A stretch of 64,000 bases of DNA from a virus (Duplodnaviria > Heunggongvirae > Uroviricota > Caudoviricetes): the IMG/VR virus record IMGVR_UViG_3300044984_001938, one strand, 5' to 3'. The stretch's first letter is position 1. Every line of letters begins with the position of its first letter. Below are positions 8,782 to 18,432 of this stretch, in pieces. The notes beneath the pieces were generated by a model that saw only the letters and a list, made by a program, of their open reading frames with translations, did not search any database and was not told the DNA's origin. The position numbers and the translations under genes are program-made.

Positions 8782-8803
8782 AAAAAAAAGCCCCTTTCGG
8801 GGC
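8782..8803 (-). terminator. Rho-independent terminator
   Basis: GCCCC-GAAA-GGGGC followed by U8 on the minus strand. Confidence 0.85.
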
Positions 8804-8807
8804 CTTC

Positions 8808-9737
8808 TTATGCTGCTTTAATTGATTTGACTTCGTTGCCGTCTTTGTCAACTAGTTTCAATCCCAGACTTTGTTGTCTTTCCATGAACATTGGTCCAAC
8901 TGTGTTAATTAGATGTTCTTGATTTTCCTGACAGAACACATAACTACCTGAATGACGCAATAGAACACGCTTATCCACCCAAATCTTACCACCGATATCC
9001 CGCCAGTTTTCACAGAAAGTCCAATCTTCGCTATAGTAACGATTCTGACGCACCGCAGTGTCAAAATATGTTTTCAAGTGTTGATCATACTTTGGATCTA
9101 ATCCAATGTCATTCTTGTATTGCTTGACTGCTGGATGAGATTTCAATTTCTCAAATACATGTTTCTTCATTAGTAAGAAGCCAGTGCCTGCTTTAGATAC
9201 TTCTTGTAATCCGTCTGTTCCTTCTTCAGCACCGTCAAATCCGTTAACTACCCACTTGATAGGCATAGTCTTCATGGGATACAATCCACCGATAACATCT
9301 ACATCCCGATTTAACAATACCAACAAATGCCATGGTTCCCAACCAATGTCAGCATCAACAAAGAATAAGTGTGTTGCGTCAGGCATGTCTAAGAACTTAG
9401 CAGTTAGTGTATTACGGGCACGACTGATTAGTGATTCGTTGACCATTGTTTCCAATGTCCAGTCAATGTTTAATTGACGGGCGGTGTTAGCCCACTTGAT
9501 GAAACTCATAAATGTTGATTCAGTCAACATACCTCCATAGCAAGGCATAGAAATATGCACTTTGGTTGTACGCAGAAAGTCTACATTAACTTGTACTTGT
9601 CCTGCAGCGGGTGCTTCAGCAGGAGCATCTGCTGCTTTTTCTGCTTGTTCCTCTGCTGCTTGTGCAGCAATTTCTTGTACCATTTCTACTGGTACTGATT
9701 TTTCTTCTGCTGCTTCTTTGGGTTTTCTTGTTGCCAT
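8808..9737 (-). CDS. GT-A fold (family 2-like) glycosyltransferase
   Basis: VHISMPCYGG, ESLISRARN, LFFVDADIGW (DxD), GTGFLL, SEDWTFC motifs; Ala/Glu-rich N-terminal extension. Confidence 0.75.
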   Translation of the reverse strand: MATRKPKEAAEEKSVPVEMVQEIAAQAAEEQAEKAADAPAEAPAAGQVQVNVDFLRTTKVHISMPCYGGMLTESTFMSFIKWANTARQLNIDWTLETMVNESLISRARNTLTAKFLDMPDATHLFFVDADIGWEPWHLLVLLNRDVDVIGGLYPMKTMPIKWVVNGFDGAEEGTDGLQEVSKAGTGFLLMKKHVFEKLKSHPAVKQYKNDIGLDPKYDQHLKTYFDTAVRQNRYYSEDWTFCENWRDIGGKIWVDKRVLLRHSGSYVFCQENQEHLINTVGPMFMERQQSLGLKLVDKDGNEVKSIKAA

Positions 9738-9793
9738 AAGGTCCTCTTAAATGATGTAATTATTTACATCAGGCAGAGGGGTACGAAATATTT

Positions 9794-12700
9794 TTATTTT
9801 TCGTCTAGATAATCAAATTTAGGAGCTTGCGGACGACCATAATCTTGTTCACGTTTTTTCATCCGTTCTTGATCTCTTGCTGCTCTTAGTTTGGCAATAG
9901 GTGCACCTTTGATTAAGGCGTTTGCCATATGAGCCATCACCTCTTCTTCTTCTATAGGTTCAATGGTAGCACCCATCTCATCTAGATGTTGTTTTGCTTC
10001 TAACAATTGATTGTATATTTTAACTTTCTGAATAGGAGTAGCATACTCAAGCATTGGCTTAATCTTTTTAATATACTCTTTAATAGCTTGCGGTTGATTG
10101 TTTGAATATTTTGCAGTAGTATCCATTAAATGCTTTATCCACGCTACTCCTAGCTTTTGTGAATCAAATGCCTGCATCCAAACGTTTAATTTGTCTTGTT
10201 CACTTGCATTAGGATTTTTTAAGATATCACGCAATTGAGTAAAACTTATTCCAGTTCCACCTTTTTCAGGATCACGCTCTGTACCAATTGTTTGAAATTC
10301 AACTTGATTTTGTGTCCCACCATACTTGGCTAATGCAACTGGATCTTTCATGCGCTTTTCTAAACTATTTAACCACGACTCTGTACTGTCTTTTCTATCC
10401 GCACCTACTACAACTATAATTTTATTGTATTTACTATTAGCCGGAAGAACAAGTTCTTTTTCAATCTTCTTCATTGCAGTTCCGCCTGCATCCCAAACTT
10501 GAATGTTGTTTGCATATTGTGGATACAACTTCTGCAATGTTTTAACTTTGTCTGCTGGTGGAATAGGATCATCTGGACCAACAACTGGACTTACATATAT
10601 GAATGGTACTCCACCCACTTGTTTTGCTATAGCAATTGTTTCATCAATTAACTGTTCATGTCCTTTATGACCCACAAATGAACCATAAGTGATTACTGCG
10701 GTGGTTGTGCGATTTCCACCTTCAGTTGGCTTCTTGTTCATGGCTTGTTTGTCAGCCATCTTTTGCTGCATGTCAGGACTTGTTACTTTAGCAAGAGTAC
10801 CGCTTGGCATATTAATAACAAGACCTTCAATCATATCACCAAGTTGATCTTTCCCTGGTATAGGACTGTTAATAATCACCTTGCTTAATGCTTGTCTTGC
10901 AGCAGATAATATTGCTTTTGCTTTTTGTTTGTCAGGTGAATCCCCTCTCTGAGACACCGCATTCAATAATGCTGCTGAGTTCTTTACGATAGGATTAACA
11001 ATTTTACTAACATCAATGCCTTTATGGCTCAATGTATTATTAATCATTTTGATATCAGGGGTGCTATCTTTAATTAATGCTTCTTTAATCTCATCAGCAT
11101 CAGGACTTTGTTCACCCGTACTGTATTGCTTAACAGTAATTGGAACAAGAGTCATTACCTTACCTAATTTCTTAGGATCATATGGGATGTTAACAAACTT
11201 AAAACCACCACTATCTTGTTGTGCCATTGGATTGAATAACATTTCAGCATTGACAATTGTATCAGGTGGAATATCTTTCATAAATTTAGCATTAACAATT
11301 ATACTTAATACTTTATCATAATTTTGTGTTCTTGTCAGTTGCTCATCAGATTGACCTTGACTTCTTCCATACTTCTCAAAATCACCAATGTTGGCTTTAG
11401 TCATGGGAGTTTCAACTCTACTAGTCATAAAGAATGGTTCACCATTTTGTGTTCTGCCAAATCTTATGCCAGCACCATCTACTTTCAAGTTAATAGGAAC
11501 ATTTGCAAAATTGCCACCATCTTGTGCTATCTCTTTACAAAAATTGATAAAATCTGCATCCTTCATCTCAGTAGATGAACCAGGATTGTATATATGTTGA
11601 ATACCCTTACGCTTATAGCTAGGAACTGCTTCGGCTAATGTATTCTTTGCCATTGATTTTACAACATCGGCATCAGCTCCTGCTTTTTCTTCAGCACCAG
11701 CTGATGTATATTTGAATGATTTACGGTATGCAGCAAGTAGTTGGTCTAATTCAGCGGACTTAGATAGTTTTAATGTGTCTAGTAAGGTGTTGATCGCTAC
11801 CATTTTCTCTGCAATATCTTTATCAGGGTTATTTTTGTACATACCCTGTGCACCTGGCCCTATTGTCTTTTGCAAGAACCCCTGCATTACTTGTTCTTTT
11901 TCTTCAGGACTCATCAAAGAATTCATTACTTGTAATAAGCCAGTGAATGACCAGAATTGTTTTTGCAATGCTTTTGCTTGTTTAGGATTTAATCGTTGGT
12001 CTAAAATCGTTGAAAAGATTTGTCCAATGTCTTGATTATATCCTGATGTAGGTGCTTCCCGCATTACAGGTAAACCTTTACTAACTAACGGTTTTCCATT
12101 ATCATCTAATACCGGTTCATACTTTGCTCGTAGTCCGCCACCTTCTTTGCTAGATACTGCAAAAGAATACATGTTATCTGTGGTAGGAACATCTTGTTCT
12201 TGTCTTAATTTACCTCTACCAACCAATTTTCGTAATATGAAGTCTTTGCGAGTTAGTGCTGTAAATGCTTGTATCAACCATTTATGGAATACACCTTTAA
12301 CTCCTGCTTGCAAATCCTCCCATGCGCTACTATGACTAAATCTAGCCCAATCAGTTGGATTGTCTTTTTCAAATTCTACAAATTCAAAATCAATCTGTAC
12401 TTTAACAGGTGGGTCTTGCAATTCAAACAATCCAGAGAATTGTTCATTGCCTCTTTGAAATCCTAAAAATGTCGCAGCACCTATTTGTTTGTTAGTGTAT
12501 GCTGTCAAGAATTGTTGTAAGTTAGGTTCTTTTGTTTTGTCAACCATGGTGTCAATATCACCAACAGTTGGTTTCTTTTCTGTAAATACCTCATCAGAGA
12601 TACCCTTAACATTAAAGAAATGCAATGAACTTCCACTTAAGAACTTACCACTTGTTAAGAGTTCATTACTCCATAATCCTTGCTTATACATTTTAAAATA

Positions 12701-12859
12701 AGCAGAATTAATTGCGTAAAGTAGTTCATTTAATTTAGGAACCATGTAACTACGCTTAGTTACCTTTAAATCTAAATGCTGTGCTTCTTTTCCGTTAATA
12801 GATAGATTGCCACCTTCGTCTAGGTGTGTACGACCTTCAAGTAGGGCACTGATTTTCAT
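9794..12859 (-). CDS. Large multi-domain protein: pol beta-like NTase + RNA-ligase-like + HxGH cytidylyltransferase-like domains
   Basis: LSGSS...GDID..VQIDF; LKVDG...AEMLF...EGLVI..AKV; GHKGH...VVGADR...ISFTQLR; N-terminus MKISALLE. Confidence 0.65.
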   Translation of the reverse strand: MKISALLEGRTHLDEGGNLSINGKEAQHLDLKVTKRSYMVPKLNELLYAINSAYFKMYKQGLWSNELLTSGKFLSGSSLHFFNVKGISDEVFTEKKPTVGDIDTMVDKTKEPNLQQFLTAYTNKQIGAATFLGFQRGNEQFSGLFELQDPPVKVQIDFEFVEFEKDNPTDWARFSHSSAWEDLQAGVKGVFHKWLIQAFTALTRKDFILRKLVGRGKLRQEQDVPTTDNMYSFAVSSKEGGGLRAKYEPVLDDNGKPLVSKGLPVMREAPTSGYNQDIGQIFSTILDQRLNPKQAKALQKQFWSFTGLLQVMNSLMSPEEKEQVMQGFLQKTIGPGAQGMYKNNPDKDIAEKMVAINTLLDTLKLSKSAELDQLLAAYRKSFKYTSAGAEEKAGADADVVKSMAKNTLAEAVPSYKRKGIQHIYNPGSSTEMKDADFINFCKEIAQDGGNFANVPINLKVDGAGIRFGRTQNGEPFFMTSRVETPMTKANIGDFEKYGRSQGQSDEQLTRTQNYDKVLSIIVNAKFMKDIPPDTIVNAEMLFNPMAQQDSGGFKFVNIPYDPKKLGKVMTLVPITVKQYSTGEQSPDADEIKEALIKDSTPDIKMINNTLSHKGIDVSKIVNPIVKNSAALLNAVSQRGDSPDKQKAKAILSAARQALSKVIINSPIPGKDQLGDMIEGLVINMPSGTLAKVTSPDMQQKMADKQAMNKKPTEGGNRTTTAVITYGSFVGHKGHEQLIDETIAIAKQVGGVPFIYVSPVVGPDDPIPPADKVKTLQKLYPQYANNIQVWDAGGTAMKKIEKELVLPANSKYNKIIVVVGADRKDSTESWLNSLEKRMKDPVALAKYGGTQNQVEFQTIGTERDPEKGGTGISFTQLRDILKNPNASEQDKLNVWMQAFDSQKLGVAWIKHLMDTTAKYSNNQPQAIKEYIKKIKPMLEYATPIQKVKIYNQLLEAKQHLDEMGATIEPIEEEEVMAHMANALIKGAPIAKLRAARDQERMKKREQDYGRPQAPKFDYLDEK

Positions 12860-13389
12860 TATTTACCCGGTGGGTTATATGTTTGTTCGTATTCTACTTT
12901 AGCAATACGATAGTAGTTATCACCGTCTTTGACTAGGTAATCCCCTGGCTTTAATACCATTTGCTCACCCCATGACGCAGTAAATGTGATTGGTTGTTGA
13001 CCAGTATACAATGCTACCATTCTAGGACCCTGTTCGGGCACAACAACTTCACCTAGTTTACCTTGATATAATTTAGGAAATTTTGCTGACTTAACAACAT
13101 AATTTTCTCTGCTTGGGCCAGACATAATTATATCATTTGGTTCAGCAACATTTTGTGTTTCTTTACCATCACTAGTAATAGTAACAACTGGCATTTGTTG
13201 TGTTGCTACAGTATATGTCATTGCTGGCATCTTACCTGGCATACCACCATCTACATATTTGTATTGTTTTGGTTGCTTATGTGTAGGTAAGAATTCCATA
13301 CCTGCTGCTATTTGTTGTATGTCAGCAGGGCCACCTTCTTGTGCCTCATTTATCATATCAATATATTTTCTAAAAAGTGCTGTACTCAT
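12859..13389 (-). CDS. PGDYG-like protein
   Basis: WGEQMVLKPGDYLVKDG motif; N-terminus MSTALFRKYIDMINE. Confidence 0.55.
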   Translation of the reverse strand: MSTALFRKYIDMINEAQEGGPADIQQIAAGMEFLPTHKQPKQYKYVDGGMPGKMPAMTYTVATQQMPVVTITSDGKETQNVAEPNDIIMSGPSRENYVVKSAKFPKLYQGKLGEVVVPEQGPRMVALYTGQQPITFTASWGEQMVLKPGDYLVKDGDNYYRIAKVEYEQTYNPPGK

Positions 13390-13399
13390 TTTATTTCCT

Positions 13400-13759
13400 T
13401 TAATAACTTAGTTTAATGTACCCAACAATACCTTGTTGGAAGTCTGCTACTTTTGCTCTCATGTAAACAAAGTTACCAGTAACATTAGTATATACATTGG
13501 CGTTTGGATTAGCACTTCCATCATACTCATATACATCAAACCATTGATTGTCAACTGTCGCTGGATTTGCTAGTGTAGCTTGAATAACGATATTACCAAT
13601 AATATTAGATACATTAAAGTTAACTGTTTGTAAATCTCTATTACCCAAGTAATACGCAGCAGCAGGTTGAGCATTCCCTACAACTGTGTAGGGTGCCCCG
13701 TTACCTGGATTTTGATAGGTAGTTTGCGGTAATAGAATAAGTGTGGTAGATTGACTCAT
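13400..13759 (-). CDS. Hypothetical beta-rich, probably structural protein
   Basis: 119-aa ORF, translationally coupled to its neighbour, Asn/Thr/Val-rich. Confidence 0.55.
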   Translation of the reverse strand: MSQSTTLILLPQTTYQNPGNGAPYTVVGNAQPAAAYYLGNRDLQTVNFNVSNIIGNIVIQATLANPATVDNQWFDVYEYDGSANPNANVYTNVTGNFVYMRAKVADFQQGIVGYIKLSY

Positions 13760-13926
13760 TATGCTTTTACCACTTCAACTACTACGCCTCTGCCTACAAG
13801 TTCCTGGGCAACTTGCTCCAATGCTTGCTGAACGTCAGCCCCAACGATATCAGCATTATCTGATTCGCCATCCTTAACAATTTTACTAAAGGTTATTACA
13901 ACCGATTCTGTTACGATTTTTGCCAT
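13759..13926 (-). CDS. Small hypothetical protein (55 aa), not in ORF track
   Basis: MAKIVTESVVITFSKIVKDGESDNADIVGADVQQALEQVAQELVGRGVVVEVVKA*; TAATG overlap with next gene; GATAAATA box upstream (13948-13955). Confidence 0.7.
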   Translation of the reverse strand: MAKIVTESVVITFSKIVKDGESDNADIVGADVQQALEQVAQELVGRGVVVEVVKA

Positions 13927-13958
13927 GAAAAATACCCCATTATAGAGTATTTATCATT

Positions 13959-14684
13959 TTAGATAGGTATTATACACTTCTCTAATTTATATCGTTTTCC
14001 AAGCATGTCACCATACATTAGCATCAAATAGCTTAGTGTACTTTCATTATCGTAATCAATAGAATGACTACTATGGGTGTAATTATATCTCCACTTGAAG
14101 GGATTAAATAAGGAATACTCTTTTAACCAAGAGATTAACGATTTACTAGCAACTAAGTCTTGGTTTTTCTTAAGTGTAACAGCTAAATCGTTGATAAAGT
14201 TTTTATCCTTAATATGAGCAGATTTTAGATAAATTCTGTACTTATGCTTTGGCTCATTAACATAGTATTTTATACCTGAAAATTCCTCCACCTGTGCTTC
14301 AGTGATTTTAATATCATTACAAACTTCTTTCAATGTTAGTAACAACTCTAAATCATTACTAAAGATTGCGGCACTATCCTGCTCAATTCTACTGGTCATC
14401 TCACCCGTCTTTTTGCGAGTTTTGTGAGTATTACGCCAATCAACAAATGCACAAAGTCTTTGTAAATTTGGCATAATCTCGGATTTCCTATTGGCGTGAA
14501 TACGTCTATATCCGATTGCATTCACTCTATTCACCAATTCTTCTGGAGTTTTAATATAATAAGTAAAATTCAACCCCGGGATATTTAGTTTAGCACGATA
14601 TCTATATTTGTTATAAAACTTACTATCCCGATATTCATAATAATCAATATCGGGAATGTCTTTAATTGATCTTATCAAGCCCAT
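13959..14684 (-). CDS. Hypothetical protein with two similar halves
   Basis: 241-aa ORF; (K)Y(R/K)YR and AIF/SIDY..ND/NE..L elements recur in both halves. Confidence 0.55.
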   Translation of the reverse strand: MGLIRSIKDIPDIDYYEYRDSKFYNKYRYRAKLNIPGLNFTYYIKTPEELVNRVNAIGYRRIHANRKSEIMPNLQRLCAFVDWRNTHKTRKKTGEMTSRIEQDSAAIFSNDLELLLTLKEVCNDIKITEAQVEEFSGIKYYVNEPKHKYRIYLKSAHIKDKNFINDLAVTLKKNQDLVASKSLISWLKEYSLFNPFKWRYNYTHSSHSIDYDNESTLSYLMLMYGDMLGKRYKLEKCIIPI

Positions 14685-14692
14685 TATGTTCC

Positions 14693-16954
14693 TTAGTTAA
14701 CAATAATTAATCCATTGTCATCAACCATTGCTGTTAGTTTGTGTGTTACTACAAAATCAATTGCTCCGGCTGACATTACAACATTGATTGTTGCAGATTT
14801 AATGCGCTCAAACAAGACTTTCTTACTTAGAGGTACCCGAATCAATTCATCAATCTTACGACTTAATGGTCGTGCGCCCATTTTCTTATCATATCCTTGC
14901 TCTGCTAAGTATTCTACCACTGGCTCACTTAGATTCATTACAATTTCATGTTTGTCTAACAAACTCTTTTTCAAGTCATCGGTAAACTTGATAACAATCT
15001 TCTTAATAGCAAGTGTATCCAACTTGTTAAACTTGCAAATCAAATCAACACGATTACGGAACTCAGGCTTGAAGAATTCTTTCAATGCTTTGTCATCTTC
15101 ACCGGTCTTTTCTTGTGTGCCAAATCCAATGTTGTTGCGTTCGCTATCACTAGAACCCAAGTTACTAGTCATAATGATAATACTGTTTTTACAGTTAACT
15201 TGCTTGCCATTACTACCGGTAAGATGCCCTTCATCTAACATCTGTAGAAAGATATTAAAGATTTCTGGATGTGCTTTTTCAACCTCATCAAATAGCATAA
15301 TACTATGTGGGTTCTTGCTCAAGTCATTAATCAATCTACCACCCGACACTTGACTATCACCGAATCCAACATAGCCCGGAGGAGGTCCAATCAAACTTGA
15401 AACACTATGCTTCTCTGAATACTCACTCATGTCATACTTAAGTAGCGGCATATCCAAGTTCTTGCTAAGTAGTTTGGCAAATTCTGTTTTACCAGTTCCA
15501 GTAGGGCCTAAGAATAAGAAACTACCTGTTGGTTTACTATCATTACCAATACCAGCAAAGTTAACATAAATTCGTTCAAGTACTTTTTGTACAGTTTCAT
15601 CTTGACCATATAGTTTGTCCTTGATATTTGATTCTAAATTATGAATCAAATCAAAGTTGTCACCCTTCATCTTGTCAGCAGGGACTCCGGTGAATCGTTC
15701 AACTTGATCAAATACAAGGTCTTTGGTAATGATTGCCCCTTTGTTCTCTGCTACTCGTTGTTTAGCGCAAGCAGCATCAAGTAAATCAATAGATTTGTCT
15801 GGGTTCTTTCGGTCATGAATATACCGATCAGCACTTTCAACTGCTGCTTTGATTGCCTCATCTGTAATTTCAACATTGTGAAAATCATTAAGTCTAGCAC
15901 TTAATCCATTCAATATACGAATAGTTGTGTCGTGATTAGGTTCATCAACTGACACACGATAGAATCTACGCATCAATGCACGGTCCTTTTCAAAACTTTC
16001 GTAGTATTCTTCCCAAGTTGTGCTAGCAATAACTTTAAGAGTACCTTTAGTAATTGCGGGTTTAATCATGTTACTGAAGTCCACTGAACCAGTAGATGAA
16101 CCCCCTGAACCCTGCATAGTATGTGCCTCGTCAATGAAAAGGATAGTCTTTTTCTTTGTGTTTAACGCATCCAGTACTGCTTTGACTTTTTCTTCAAAGT
16201 CCCCGCGATATTTACTTCCTGCAAGCAATGAGCCAATCTCCAAGCTATATATTTGATGATCATGCAAGAATTCAGGTACTTCTTTGTTGATCATCATCTG
16301 TGCTAGACCTTCGGCGATTGCTGTTTTACCAACCCCAGGGTCACCTACCATCAATACATTACTCTTGAATCGTTTAGCAAGTACATTAATGATATCGTCA
16401 AGTTCTTTGCCGCGACCAATCATTGGTTCAAGTTTACCTTGTGCCGCTAATTGTGTTAAGTTGATGGTATATTCTTCTAGAATTTCGTCGGCTTGATTCT
16501 CGGTGAGATTACCCACTTCGTTGTGCTTATAATTTTTCTGCCAATGTGCTACAAATTCATTTTTGTTGATTCCGTATTTCAACAAGAAATAATGAGCATG
16601 ACTATTCCCTTCTGCCGCAATGCTAAGATACAAGTCAATAGTTGTTACTTGCCTACGACCGGTGAATAACACTTGTGTTACAGAACGATTCATAACTCGT
16701 TCTAAACTATTTGTTTTACGAGGTACTACTTCATCCTCTTTGCTTACAATGGCATGTAAACTGTCTAAGTATGCCTTAATCTCTTGATCCATTGTTTCAA
16801 TATCTGCACCAAAACTATGCAAGCATTTTTTGAATGCACTGTGATTTATCAAACCAAGAAGTAAATGTTCTACGGTTACATATTGATGTTTTCTTTCTTT
16901 AGCATGATGAATCGCTTGTTCAATAATGCTATCAATTTCGGGTGAATGGTTCAT
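14693..16954 (-). CDS. clpA: ClpA-type AAA+ chaperone / protease ATP-binding subunit
   Basis: Clp N-domain (HQYVTVEHLLLGL), Walker A GDPGVGKT and GPTGTGKT, Walker B IDEAH and FDEVEKAHP, IGF loop (NNIGFG); no ClpB middle coiled coil. Confidence 0.9.
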   Translation of the reverse strand: MNHSPEIDSIIEQAIHHAKERKHQYVTVEHLLLGLINHSAFKKCLHSFGADIETMDQEIKAYLDSLHAIVSKEDEVVPRKTNSLERVMNRSVTQVLFTGRRQVTTIDLYLSIAAEGNSHAHYFLLKYGINKNEFVAHWQKNYKHNEVGNLTENQADEILEEYTINLTQLAAQGKLEPMIGRGKELDDIINVLAKRFKSNVLMVGDPGVGKTAIAEGLAQMMINKEVPEFLHDHQIYSLEIGSLLAGSKYRGDFEEKVKAVLDALNTKKKTILFIDEAHTMQGSGGSSTGSVDFSNMIKPAITKGTLKVIASTTWEEYYESFEKDRALMRRFYRVSVDEPNHDTTIRILNGLSARLNDFHNVEITDEAIKAAVESADRYIHDRKNPDKSIDLLDAACAKQRVAENKGAIITKDLVFDQVERFTGVPADKMKGDNFDLIHNLESNIKDKLYGQDETVQKVLERIYVNFAGIGNDSKPTGSFLFLGPTGTGKTEFAKLLSKNLDMPLLKYDMSEYSEKHSVSSLIGPPPGYVGFGDSQVSGGRLINDLSKNPHSIMLFDEVEKAHPEIFNIFLQMLDEGHLTGSNGKQVNCKNSIIIMTSNLGSSDSERNNIGFGTQEKTGEDDKALKEFFKPEFRNRVDLICKFNKLDTLAIKKIVIKFTDDLKKSLLDKHEIVMNLSEPVVEYLAEQGYDKKMGARPLSRKIDELIRVPLSKKVLFERIKSATINVVMSAGAIDFVVTHKLTAMVDDNGLIIVN

Positions 16955-17766
16955 GCTTGATTCCTTTGTTGTTTATAAGCCGTAATGCTATTGATAACTT
17001 GTTCTCCTATTATATCAGGGATGAATGCTTTTAACAATATAATTTGGTCACCGTAGCTAGTAGCATTTAGTATAGGCATGCCTTGTCCCGCTAATTTTAA
17101 TTGAATATAGGGTTGAGTTTTAGGTTTAATTGTTACATCCAGCGTTTTTCCTGATAGAGTAACAAATTCAAAACTTGTGCCAATAATCAAATCTAACACG
17201 GAAATTGGATGGTTGCAAATTAAATCATTACCTTGTCTATCATATTTGAGATGGGGTTCAACCCGAAAATCTACTATTAAACTAGCACCATCTATGACTT
17301 TATCTATACGCATTTGATTATCATTTTGAATCCCTTTAGGAATCTGAATGGTTATGGCATGTACATTCGTGGGTGTTTGTAGTTTTAATATTTGTTCACC
17401 GCCGTTATATGCTTGTTCTAATGATATATTTATTGTTGTTCTAAATAATTGTTGTTGAGGTTGTTGTTGTCTACGTTGTTGACTGAATATGTCAAAAGGA
17501 TTATTTTGACCAAACATTTGACCAAATATATGTTCAAACCCTGGGGGTATTCCACCTTGCTGCGGAAATCCTTGTGGCATGGGATTATCATATTGCTGGC
17601 GTTTATTTGCATCACTTAATGTTTCATACGCAGCTTGTGTTTCCTGAAATTTGACTTTATCCCCTCCCTTATCGGGATGATGCTGACTAGCCAATCTTCG
17701 CCAGGCCCCTTTGATATCCTCTTGTGAGGCGGTTTTAGTAACACCTAAAATTTCATAATAATCCAT
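16951..17766 (-). CDS. dnaJ: DnaJ/CbpA-like co-chaperone (no zinc finger)
   Basis: MDYYEILGV...HHPDKGG J-domain with HPD; DnaJ C-terminal domain. Confidence 0.9.
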   Translation of the reverse strand: MDYYEILGVTKTASQEDIKGAWRRLASQHHPDKGGDKVKFQETQAAYETLSDANKRQQYDNPMPQGFPQQGGIPPGFEHIFGQMFGQNNPFDIFSQQRRQQQPQQQLFRTTINISLEQAYNGGEQILKLQTPTNVHAITIQIPKGIQNDNQMRIDKVIDGASLIVDFRVEPHLKYDRQGNDLICNHPISVLDLIIGTSFEFVTLSGKTLDVTIKPKTQPYIQLKLAGQGMPILNATSYGDQIILLKAFIPDIIGEQVINSITAYKQQRNQA

Positions 17767-17772
17767 CTTATT

Positions 17773-17801
17773 ATTGTAGCAAAATAATCTGCTATTGTCA
17801 A
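17773..17801 (-). promoter_or_regulatory. Sigma70-type promoter for dnaJ-clpA
   Basis: TTGACA-17 nt-TACAAT on the minus strand. Confidence 0.75.
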
Positions 17802-17807
17802 TAGTAG

Positions 17808-18431
17808 TTAGGCTTTATTTTCTAGTTTTTCTTTAGTTCTGCCGTATGCGGCCACACCCAATACAGCACCCATAGCGATATGGTAAAGACCAGCACCTTG
17901 CAGTGTTAGAGGTTGCCATTGCATAGTGACGCTACCTTTGCTCATTGCTTGTAATAAACTCCATAATATAGGGAATATAACAAAGTCACATGTACAAGTA
18001 AGCATATAAACAAATGCCATTAGTGGTCGCCATTTTTTATTTATGAAATCGTCGTTGGTGTTCTTAATTAAGATACTGGCATCTTGGGCAGCATTTACTC
18101 CGGCACCTGTTAATACGGGTTGATTACCCAGACTTACATTCATGTTACTTGATCCGATTGATCCCATGTTGCTTGTTGATGCTGGCGAACCGTTGCCCAC
18201 GGCTGCTGGTGCACCAAACGAACCGGGTAACCCGAATCCTCCTGACGAAGGTGTGCTAAATGCTGAAGTACTGCTTGCTGATAAGGTTGTGTTTGGTGTT
18301 GTTGTGCCATAACTACTTTCTTGTGGAAATTGAGGTATAGTTGGATCTGCTGCTAGTTGAGTATGCTGGTCATCACTTTTTGCTATTGGGGTATCAGTTG
18401 TTGCTTTCTTTGCTAATATTGTTGTTGCCAT
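17808..18431 (-). CDS. Holin-like membrane protein (3TM, gene-transfer-release type) with Ser/Gly-rich N-terminus
   Basis: KWRPLMAFVY..DFVIFPILW...LQGAGLYHIAMGAVLGVAAYGRTKEK hydrophobic segments. Confidence 0.6.
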   Translation of the reverse strand: MATTILAKKATTDTPIAKSDDQHTQLAADPTIPQFPQESSYGTTTPNTTLSASSTSAFSTPSSGGFGLPGSFGAPAAVGNGSPASTSNMGSIGSSNMNVSLGNQPVLTGAGVNAAQDASILIKNTNDDFINKKWRPLMAFVYMLTCTCDFVIFPILWSLLQAMSKGSVTMQWQPLTLQGAGLYHIAMGAVLGVAAYGRTKEKLENKA

Positions 18432-18432
18432 T

